DNA of 17,537 nucleotides from Bdellovibrionia bacterium (GTDB lineage Bacteria; Bdellovibrionota; UBA1018), in contig JBJMMA010000071.1 of NCBI GenBank assembly GCA_045805065.1, positions 1-17,537 on the forward strand, in the 5' to 3' direction. Below, one piece after another: positions 8,015 through 14,921 of the stretch; position 1 is the stretch's first letter, and every line of letters starts with the position of its first letter. A program made the position numbers and the translations under genes. Under the pieces are notes generated by a model. That model was given only the letters and a program-made list of their open reading frames with translations, ran no database searches and was not told the origin of the DNA.

Positions 8015-8983
8015 CTAACGGGTAGTGAACCTCCAGGTGCTGCTGGAAGTGCTGCCCTTGGAGTTTTTGGCAACAACGCGCCAGTAGTAAGTTCTTCCGC
8101 TTGCCAAACCTGACGCCTGAACACGCGTCGAAGTGACATTGGAGAGAGCAAGGCTTGGCGAGCTTGTTGTTCCGAAGTAGATGTTGTAACTGACTGCTCC
8201 GGTTGAGGCTGCCCAAGACAGAACTGGCGAGGCGGTGACACCCGTAGCACCGTTCGCAGGCGTTGGATTAACCGGCGCTCCGGGTAAGCTCACAGTTGCC
8301 GTCGGAGTTGGGGTTGGGGTTGGGGTTGGCGTAGGCGTCGCAGTTGCCGTTGGTGTTGGTGTAGGGGCTGTTGTCGCAGTTGGAGGATAGAGTGACTGAA
8401 TGCCAGCGATGTCATCCGAAGCCAGGGTTCGGCCCGTTTGTGCGCATTGCATGACGGATGGATACATCGTCGCGTCCGTTGCGGTGGAATGGTTCAAGCC
8501 TAGCATATGGCCGAACTCATGAGTTGCGACGTCTTCAATGAAGACGCCACCGCTGCAGCCCGACGTGCCGGCGAAAAATTTCTGGGAAGCATCCCAGAAT
8601 ACCATATCACCATCGGTCATTTTTCCGGTGCTGTCCCACCAGGTGTAAGTCGTGGCGATCACGCTGGCACCATCTGTTGAGGTGGCGTCGCGAAAGAAGA
8701 CCTGATTGACGCCATCATTGGCCAAGGTTCCACCTGAAATCGGCCCGCCGTAAATCAGGCTGATATTGGCTTTGGATTGCGTTCCCCAGGCATCAGCGCC
8801 CTGGCGAATCGCTGCCAGTGCGGCAGACGAAGATACGTCAAGATTAGCTGGATTGACGTAATATACGACTTGGTTAGTTTTCCACTTGGCGCTGGATGTC
8901 GTATAAGCGTAGCCAAGAGACGTGATACAAACCGCGGCAACTCCGGCGGTGAGAAGTTTTCCAGAATTCATTTTTCTGATCAT
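8015..8983 (-). CDS. matrixin-like (M10 metzincin) metalloprotease with PT linker and C-terminal FN3-like domain
   Basis: HEFGHMLGLNH zinc motif, Met-turn ATMYP, L..DDIAGIQSLY; PT linker; C-terminal LSW...GAVSYNIYFG...L.SGRTYYWRVVAKN. ATG 8983 follows SD GGGAG and starts a signal peptide. Confidence 0.9.
   Translation of the reverse strand: MIRKMNSGKLLTAGVAAVCITSLGYAYTTSSAKWKTNQVVYYVNPANLDVSSSAALAAIRQGADAWGTQSKANISLIYGGPISGGTLANDGVNQVFFRDATSTDGASVIATTYTWWDSTGKMTDGDMVFWDASQKFFAGTSGCSGGVFIEDVATHEFGHMLGLNHSTATDATMYPSVMQCAQTGRTLASDDIAGIQSLYPPTATTAPTPTPTATATPTPTPTPTPTPTATVSLPGAPVNPTPANGATGVTASPVLSWAASTGAVSYNIYFGTTSSPSLALSNVTSTRVQASGLASGRTYYWRVVAKNSKGSTSSSTWRFTTR
8295..8386 (-). repeat. Pro-Thr/Ala-Thr low-complexity linker, including (TTGGGG)x3 on the plus strand
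   Basis: Encodes PPTATTAPTPTPTATATPTPTPTPTPTPTAT inside the protease gene. Confidence 0.85.
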
Positions 8984-9017
8984 GAGAGCTCCCGAAGATA
9001 GGTTGGCTGAGTGCGCC

Positions 9018-9515
9018 TTAGCGCGACTGTTGGGCTTTGCGCGTCTTTTGGCGAATCGTGTCCAGATCAAGACTGCTGTTTGCCACCTGATGCGTACCAG
9101 GCTTGAGTCGCAAGATTCCCTGGCCACGGCGGTTTGGGCGATATCCGTCTTCTGTCTTGTTCAGGAACGCTACAACTTCTTCACCCATGACAAGCTCAGG
9201 CTGATCCGAGACTTTCAACGTCATGCCTTCATAAGTGCCACCTTCGACCACCATGTCGACAGAGGAAGATTCGGTTCCTTTGAGGTTTTCTTGAACCTCC
9301 AGGTTGACGTGAGTGACGATCAGTTCATCACCTTGATCGTTGCGTTGTTTTTCAAAGCGCTTTTCTTTGACCTTGCCGTGAACCACGACATCAGATCCTT
9401 GGGCACGCTGTTCAATCGTCACGTTGGCCCGTTCCTGGCTCGCAAGACCGAGTCCTGGGACCGCAAGTAGTGCGAAAACACCCATTACCATCGGGCGACC
9501 GCCAAGCATTCTCAT
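9018..9515 (-). CDS. secreted hypothetical protein, TIMP/NTR-like OB-fold pattern
   Basis: Signal peptide ending GLA; SDVVVHGKV...IVTHVNLEVQENLKG...VEGGT...GEEVVAFL; SD GGGAG; ends 34 bp upstream of the protease start. Confidence 0.75.
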   Translation of the reverse strand: MRMLGGRPMVMGVFALLAVPGLGLASQERANVTIEQRAQGSDVVVHGKVKEKRFEKQRNDQGDELIVTHVNLEVQENLKGTESSSVDMVVEGGTYEGMTLKVSDQPELVMGEEVVAFLNKTEDGYRPNRRGQGILRLKPGTHQVANSSLDLDTIRQKTRKAQQSR

Positions 9516-9669
9516 ATCTCTCCCTATCTTGAGTTGCGATCGGAGTTTCCCCGATCGTCAAATTGGTTTGGCTAGGGATACCGATGAAGAGATAAGAAAG
9601 TTTCGAGGAATTTACTTGGCGCTTCAGTATTGTGACGAAGTTACGAAGCGCTCGGCGTCACGATAAGCC

Positions 9670-9685
9670 AGGCGCTTAATTTGCA
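9670..9685 (+). promoter_or_regulatory. sigma54 -24/-12 promoter motif
   Basis: AGGCGCTTAATTTGCA (GGCGC-N5-TTGCA), about 90 bp upstream of the DHOR gene. Confidence 0.55.
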
Positions 9686-9773
9686 TAGGTCCTCGCCGAC
9701 GTTCAGAAGCATCGTTTGATCCGTCCTCAAAATACCTGGCCTGAACAATAACCGATCGGTGGAGGATGGTGCA

Positions 9774-11174
9774 GTGATTAAACGGTGGCATAAGTCGGGT
9801 CCTGTAGCATTGGCGTTGTTGACTTTAATGACTAATCCGGGAATTGCGGAAACGCGCCCAGAGCGAGGGTCAGTGCATATAGATGATGACCCACCCAGGG
9901 CTGGTGGTCCAATTGAAGGCTTGAGCGCAAGTGAACTTCAAATGTTCGGGATCGGAACTTTGTTCGCCGGAATTCCGCACTCGGTGCTTGGCACTGAACC
10001 GGGTGCGCCGGTTCTTGGACTTGGACCTCGGTTCAATGCGACCAACTGCCTGAGCTGTCATGCGCATCCGGCAGCAGGTGGGACAAGCCCAGCCATCAAT
10101 CCGCAGTTTGCATTAGCTACCGCTTTCGGTGCAAAAAACAAGATTCCATTTTTTGTGACAGAGCACGGCCCAATTCGCGAAGCCCGTTTCCGCTTCAATT
10201 CGGATGGTACTCCAGACGGAGGAGTGCATGCGATCTATACCATTACGGGCCGTCAGGATGCATTAGGTTGCAATATCACGCAACCCGATTTTGATGCAGC
10301 GGCTGCGACGAACAACCTCAGTCTGAGAATTCCGACGCCGATCTTTGGGGGTGGCCTGGTTGAGATGATTCCCGATGCGACGATTCTCGCCAACAAGGAT
10401 GCAAGCCTGAAAGAGAAACGGAAATTGGGGATTTCCGGCCACGAAAATCGCAATGGAAATGACGGTACCCTAGCCCGTTTCGGTTGGAAGGCTCAGAACA
10501 TCTCGCTTGAGATGTTTTCTGGCGAGGCCTACAACGTCGAGCAGGGCATTACCAACGACCTCTTTATGGAAGAGCGGGATCAAACGCCGGGATGCGTATT
10601 CAACACGGTTCCTGAAGATATCGCACGCTTCGATGCGCCTCCGCCATTCGCTGGTTTGAGCGCCAAGGTTGCATTCGTGCAGTTTTCGAAGTTCCTTGCG
10701 CCACCTCAGCCAGCACCTCAGACGCCGGAGACCCAGAGAGGAGCCACTTTGTTTAATAAAGTGGGCTGCGCGCTCTGTCACACTCCGCAGATGATGACTG
10801 GCCCTTCGACTATTACAGCGTTTGATCAGAAGCCTGTGAAGCTCTTCTCGGACCTTCTGGTCCATCACATGGGTCCGAAGCTTGCGGATTACGTCACACA
10901 GGGAAGTGCAGGTCCGGATGAGTTCCGTACAGCCCCTCTTTGGGGCGTAGGCCAACGCTTGTTCTTCCTGCACGACGGCCGTGCACGCGACCTTGTAGAA
11001 GCGATTCAGGCTCACGCGAGCACGAGTGAGCATTGCGGTTCAGATCCGACGGGCACAGCCGTGGGCAGTGACGGCGTTGCATGTAAGTCTGAAGCGAATG
11101 AGGTCATCCATCGTTTCAACAAGCTCTCTTCATATGAGCGTGGTGACTTGGTCAAGTTCCTGAAGAGCTTGTAA
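9774..11174 (+). CDS. di-heme oxidoreductase (DHOR / thiol oxidoreductase family) c-type cytochrome
   Basis: Two CxxCH motifs (CLSCH, CALCH), GLGPRFNA, RFGWKA, FSDLLVHHMG, FRTAPLWG, FLHDGRAR, and a signal peptide. Start probably GTG 9774 after SD GGAGG (9761-9765). Confidence 0.9.
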   Translation: MIKRWHKSGPVALALLTLMTNPGIAETRPERGSVHIDDDPPRAGGPIEGLSASELQMFGIGTLFAGIPHSVLGTEPGAPVLGLGPRFNATNCLSCHAHPAAGGTSPAINPQFALATAFGAKNKIPFFVTEHGPIREARFRFNSDGTPDGGVHAIYTITGRQDALGCNITQPDFDAAAATNNLSLRIPTPIFGGGLVEMIPDATILANKDASLKEKRKLGISGHENRNGNDGTLARFGWKAQNISLEMFSGEAYNVEQGITNDLFMEERDQTPGCVFNTVPEDIARFDAPPPFAGLSAKVAFVQFSKFLAPPQPAPQTPETQRGATLFNKVGCALCHTPQMMTGPSTITAFDQKPVKLFSDLLVHHMGPKLADYVTQGSAGPDEFRTAPLWGVGQRLFFLHDGRARDLVEAIQAHASTSEHCGSDPTGTAVGSDGVACKSEANEVIHRFNKLSSYERGDLVKFLKSL

Positions 11175-11210
11175 GCTTCGGCAATTATCGTTGAATTGGA
11201 GCGTTTTAAT

Positions 11211-11675
11211 ATGAAAGCAATAATGGTTTGTTCCATCGGAATATTAATGGCAAGTTCAGCCTACGCAGCAGATACCCGCTGTGGAGCTCAATCTTCAATC
11301 GGTGAGCAGGTCGTATCGGGTACGTGTCAGGAGGGGCGATGCCACGGTCAGCTTGCCTCCGTTCAGGTTGTGGCGGCGGGAGCTTGCTCAAGCGGCATCA
11401 GTTTCAACGCGACGGCAAACACCGCGCAAGGAACCGTGACGGGGGAATGCACGAACGGTCAGTTCTTTGCTCTTGGCTCCGCGCTGGTTCTGGAGTTCGC
11501 AGGAAAGTGCTCGGATGGCAGTTCATTCAGTGGCGGTGCTCGCACTCGCACTCAATGGGCGACAGGCACCTGCGATGTGAATGGGTCCTTCAATGCCACC
11601 ATTAAGCCATGGAGACTTGCAATCTCCGGCGCTTGCGGCGCGGTTACTGCCGGGGTGCCGCCATTGTCCGACTAA
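11211..11675 (+). CDS. secreted Cys/Gly-rich repeat protein
   Basis: Signal peptide ending AYA, six G-x-C motifs spaced 20-21 aa apart, SD GGAG, 36 bp after the DHOR stop. Confidence 0.75.
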   Translation: MKAIMVCSIGILMASSAYAADTRCGAQSSIGEQVVSGTCQEGRCHGQLASVQVVAAGACSSGISFNATANTAQGTVTGECTNGQFFALGSALVLEFAGKCSDGSSFSGGARTRTQWATGTCDVNGSFNATIKPWRLAISGACGAVTAGVPPLSD

Positions 11676-12228
11676 CCGTACTGGACGAGCGTGTTGATTT
11701 CGGAGCCGTCAAGACGAAGTCCGCGTTCTCACTTTGAGCGGCAATAACGATTTGGGCGCAAGCCAGGGCATCGGACAATGCTTCGTGATGGTTGAGCTGG
11801 ATCCCGAGATGTCGGGCCACGTCGGGAAGTTTCGTGGGATAGATGTTCCAGGCCGCACGCGCAAGCTTGACAGTACAGGCAAAAGGAAGCGTTGGAGCGG
11901 TGATCTTGGAGGTCAGGCAACACGCTCTGAGTACGCTCGAATCAAATGAGGCATTGTGTGCGGCAACGAAGTCCACCCCTTCAAAAAGAGGAACGATTTT
12001 CTTCCAAACATCCTTGAAGGTGGGAGCTGACTCGACATCGCTCCAGGAGATTCCGTGGATCGATGTGAAAGTGAAGTAGCGATAGGGGGGTTGAATCAGG
12101 TGAACTTCCTTATGAACGATCCTGCCTTGCTCCACACGCACCAGACCGATTGAGCAAGCGCTGTCTCGGTAAGGATTGGCGGTTTCAAAATCAATAGCCA
12201 GAAAAGGGGCGAGAGTCGGTCGCGTCAT
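11644..12228 (-). CDS. DEDDh 3'-5' exonuclease (DNA polymerase III epsilon-like)
   Basis: ExoI AIDFETAN, ExoII AHNASFD, ExoIII HHEALSDA. Confidence 0.92.
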   Translation of the reverse strand: MTRPTLAPFLAIDFETANPYRDSACSIGLVRVEQGRIVHKEVHLIQPPYRYFTFTSIHGISWSDVESAPTFKDVWKKIVPLFEGVDFVAAHNASFDSSVLRACCLTSKITAPTLPFACTVKLARAAWNIYPTKLPDVARHLGIQLNHHEALSDALACAQIVIAAQSENADFVLTAPKSTRSSSTVSRTMAAPRQ

Positions 12229-12250
12229 AAAGTGAGAAGAGATTCTGTGA

Positions 12251-12541
12251 TCAGAGAGAAGGAGTCAAGGGAAGACGCTTAGCTGCCCGTTTTCGGTGGT
12301 AACGGATGAGAAGAACGCCTGCCACGTTCTCAATCAGCAGAACCGTGTTTGTGAAGACGAAAACCCAGTTTCTGACAATAAGGCTGTAGATGATAAACCC
12401 GATCTCAGCAATGAATTGCCCCAGGTAGAGCCATTTGGAGACTCCCTGACTTGTGCCTTGTTTGTACTGAGTGTGGAGTTGTTTTTCAATCGTCAGGCAG
12501 AGAATGAAGGAGCTGAGCCAGCCGAGCCATTCCGAATTCAT
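12251..12541 (-). CDS. PQ-loop / SemiSWEET-like three-TM membrane protein
   Basis: 96 aa with three hydrophobic helices. LGW...KQ...TSQGVS...Y...NW.F..TN matches the SemiSWEET layout. Confidence 0.75.
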   Translation of the reverse strand: MNSEWLGWLSSFILCLTIEKQLHTQYKQGTSQGVSKWLYLGQFIAEIGFIIYSLIVRNWVFVFTNTVLLIENVAGVLLIRYHRKRAAKRLPLTPSL

Positions 12542-12870
12542 GAGAACATTCTTTCGACCTGGCGGCGGACGACCAGGATTTCATTCTGTCGCAGTAGTTT
12601 TTGAAGTTCGGTTTTCGCGTTTCTGATGAATTGGTCGCCTGCTTGCCCGCGGTTGCTTAGGATTCTCCAGATAACAATCTCGTCGCGAACGGTGACTCCG
12701 CCGATCTTCCAAAGGCCTTCGTTTTTCTGCCGCGTATCAGTCAGGCCTCCAAAAAAATCGATCAGTTCCTGACGAGTCTGCCGCAGGATGTCTTGGGAAT
12801 AAAGCGTGCCTTGCGGACTGATCGTCGGAAGGTAAAGTTCGTATTCGAGAAAGGGCTGCGAATCAGGCAT
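12538..12870 (-). CDS. small cytoplasmic hypothetical protein (ferredoxin/PII-like pattern)
   Basis: 110 aa, YELYLP...FGGLT...GLWK...RDEIVI...L.Q.EILV. Its stop overlaps the start of the PQ-loop gene (ATGA). Confidence 0.7.
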   Translation of the reverse strand: MPDSQPFLEYELYLPTISPQGTLYSQDILRQTRQELIDFFGGLTDTRQKNEGLWKIGGVTVRDEIVIWRILSNRGQAGDQFIRNAKTELQKLLRQNEILVVRRQVERMFS

Positions 12871-12894
12871 AGATGCTCACTGGAATGACGCTGT

Positions 12895-12954
12895 TGCACG
12901 TATGGGACCAGCTCAGATCGGAGCTACTCAGTGAGCTCGGGCATCCCACCTGCA
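12895..12954. promoter_or_regulatory. back-to-back sigma54-like motifs in a divergent intergenic region
   Basis: Minus-strand TGGTCCCATACGTGCA (12895-12910) and plus-strand GGGCATCCCACCTGCA (12939-12954). Both are GG-N10-GC and each points toward its flanking gene. Confidence 0.4.
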
Positions 12955-12967
12955 CACCGATGGGAAT

Positions 12968-13660
12968 ATGAAAATTTTAATGGTGCTCACTTCACATGAC
13001 CGGTTGGGGAACACGGGGCGAAAGACTGGATTTTGGCTCGAAGAGTTTGCCGCCCCCTATTTCGCGTTTAAAGATGCCGGCGTTGAAGTCACGCTTGCTT
13101 CGCCAAAAGGCGGCCAACCGCCGATCGATCCAAAAAGCGACTTGCCGGAAAACCAGACCGAAGCGCAAATTCGCTTCAAGCAGGACAAGGCTGCCCAGCA
13201 GGATCTCGCCCAGACAAAGCGACTTGCCGATGTGAGAGCAGAAGACTTTGACACAGTTTTCTATCCCGGTGGCCACGGACCCATGTGGGACTTGGCTGAG
13301 AGCCCAGAATCGATCGCCTTGCTCGAAGCTTTCTATAGCTCTGGAAAACCTATCGCCTTAGTGTGCCACGCCCCAGGCGTCCTTCGTCATGTTAAATATC
13401 AGGGCAAGCCTCTTGTGGCCGGAAAACACGTGACCGGCTTCACAAACGGAGAGGAAGAAGAAGTCCAGCTGACGCACGTGGTACCATTCCTAGTTGAGGA
13501 TGAGCTTCTTCGACTCGGTGCCATCTTCGAGAAAGTCCGCAACTGGGAGCCATTCTCCATTGTGGATGGGCGTCTGATCACGGGCCAGAATCCTACCTCG
13601 TCGACCGTCACTGCTCATAATCTGTTGAAGTTTGTAGGAATGGAGAAAGCGGCAGCCTAG
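12968..13660 (+). CDS. DJ-1/PfpI family type 1 glutamine amidotransferase-like protein (Hsp31/YDR533C-like)
   Basis: TGFWLEE, FYPGGHGPMWDL, nucleophile VCHAP, LITGQNP. Confidence 0.93.
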   Translation: MKILMVLTSHDRLGNTGRKTGFWLEEFAAPYFAFKDAGVEVTLASPKGGQPPIDPKSDLPENQTEAQIRFKQDKAAQQDLAQTKRLADVRAEDFDTVFYPGGHGPMWDLAESPESIALLEAFYSSGKPIALVCHAPGVLRHVKYQGKPLVAGKHVTGFTNGEEEEVQLTHVVPFLVEDELLRLGAIFEKVRNWEPFSIVDGRLITGQNPTSSTVTAHNLLKFVGMEKAAA

Positions 13661-13704
13661 ACTTCTGTTGCATCGCTGGAACAAGATCCGCTAGGATCGG
13701 TCGC

Positions 13705-13986
13705 ATGAAGAAGAACCAGTTTGCTTCTGCTGCCGTTTTTGGAATCGCTCTTGGCGGGGGAGCGCCTGGCGCAGGTTCGAATACTGAAGTTGAGCCCGGT
13801 GTCTCGCGTCGTCAGTTTCAGAAAGCGAACGCCAAGATCGGCGAGTGGTTGCATCTTCGAATGCCCGACCCGCAAGGCGGCCCAGGAAAAGAGCTCTTTG
13901 TGAATTTAGCAAAGCGAGTGACTTTTGTTTGTCCGGGCTCTAGCACGGGGCTTTGGCGAAGCAAGGCTCGCTCACAGCTCAAATGA
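13705..13986 (+). CDS. possible small hypothetical protein
   Basis: 93-aa ORF starting with a signal-like MKKNQFASAAVFGIALG and filling the gap between DJ-1 and lysR. No family recognised; overlaps the lysR stop by 15 bp. Confidence 0.3.
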   Translation: MKKNQFASAAVFGIALGGGAPGAGSNTEVEPGVSRRQFQKANAKIGEWLHLRMPDPQGGPGKELFVNLAKRVTFVCPGSSTGLWRSKARSQLK

Positions 13987-14823
13987 TGCGAGTCGAATCA
14001 ATTCTCGCCCCGCCTTGCTGGAAAGAACGTCTCTCCGATAGGCGAGGAAGATTTTGTCCTCGTAGGTCGGCAAAGTAGGATCGTAAGGCACAAGGTCAGC
14101 ACCGTCTGCCTTGGCAACACGCTCAGGCAGAATCCCAATTCCTTGCCCACTGAGGGTCAGCGTCCGAATCAGCTCCAGGCTTGGAGTACTGATCAGGCTC
14201 CAGCCTTTGAAATCTTTCGCGTGCGTCTTGCCGAGGATCTCTTGCATCTGTATCAGGTTTACATCAGCTAAAATCCTCTTCGGGAGCTGGTTTGCTCCGC
14301 GCTTTTTCCAAAACATCACCCGGTCATCACCGAGCTTCTTCAGGACAAGATCAGGATGCCGAACCGGGTTCACTACAAACCCGATATCTAAGTTGTAGGA
14401 GATCACCGCTTCGGTGATTTTCCTGGAAAAGTCGTGGACGAGCTCAATCTCGATTCCCGGAGCGTTTTTATGGATCTGATCGAGAAAGTTCGGAAGGGTG
14501 TAGGCTCCCACGCTCTGGTGGCAGCCTACCTTAAAGCGCCCGAATATTTCGGTATGCGATTGCTGAATTCCTTTATGAACTTCGCTCCATGAGTCCAATA
14601 GCGTGTGGGACTTGCGATAGAAAAGCGTTCCCTGGTCCGTGGGGACAACGCCTTGTTTTGTTCGGTGAAACAGCTTTGTTCCGAGCTTCTCCTCAAGCTT
14701 TTGAAGGCTCAAAGTCAACGTAGGTTGTGTCACGCCCAAGCGGATTGCAGCTTTTGAAACATGGCGTGTTTGATAGACTTCCACAAAGTATTCAATTTCA
14801 GTCGATGTAGCGAGCATGGGCAT
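13972..14823 (-). CDS. LysR family transcriptional regulator
   Basis: N-terminal HTH (HVSKAAIRLGVTQPTLTLSLQKLEEKLGTKLFHR) and a substrate-binding domain ending GQGIGILP. Start ATG 14823 or 14817; divergent from the pvcA-like gene. Confidence 0.93.
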   Translation of the reverse strand: MPMLATSTEIEYFVEVYQTRHVSKAAIRLGVTQPTLTLSLQKLEEKLGTKLFHRTKQGVVPTDQGTLFYRKSHTLLDSWSEVHKGIQQSHTEIFGRFKVGCHQSVGAYTLPNFLDQIHKNAPGIEIELVHDFSRKITEAVISYNLDIGFVVNPVRHPDLVLKKLGDDRVMFWKKRGANQLPKRILADVNLIQMQEILGKTHAKDFKGWSLISTPSLELIRTLTLSGQGIGILPERVAKADGADLVPYDPTLPTYEDKIFLAYRRDVLSSKAGRELIRLASFEL

Positions 14824-14830
14824 GGACTTA

Positions 14831-14849
14831 TCATAAAAAATACCTATGA
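14831..14849. promoter_or_regulatory. LysR recognition site (T-N11-A dyad)
   Basis: TCATA-N9-TATGA perfect dyad with T14834-N11-A14846. It is centred about 65 bp upstream of the TSS predicted from the -10 TATGCT (14893-14898) and overlaps the minus-strand -10 TATGAT of lysR. Confidence 0.7.
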
Positions 14850-14921
14850 CAGAAGCTCTCATTACCAATTTTATTAATATTGAAAGGTTCTTTATGCTGC
14901 CACTCAGAAGGGGATGAGATT

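Noticed and set aside
8307..8330. (TTGGGG)x3 telomere-like / G-quadruplex-like repeat
   Set aside because: Fully explained by Pro-Thr codons of the protease linker on the opposite strand.
8922..9470. 182-aa plus-strand ORF and other long antisense ORFs (e.g. 10470-11033, 16375-16833, 1325-1708)
   Set aside because: Shadow frames of better-supported genes on the opposite strand, with no recognisable motifs.
9530..9600. Possible c-di-GMP riboswitch around the GAAA hairpin
   Set aside because: Lacks the GGCAAAC...GACGCAAA core and the second stem of the class I aptamer.
11644..11675. 32-bp convergent 3' overlap
   Set aside because: Both tails are low-information extensions; such overlaps are common and not evidence of function.
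13755..13785. tRNA-like T-arm GGTTCGAAT
   Set aside because: The stem has a G-A mismatch at the conserved G53-C61 pair, and I could build no acceptor stem, anticodon arm or CCA. Not called as a tRNA.
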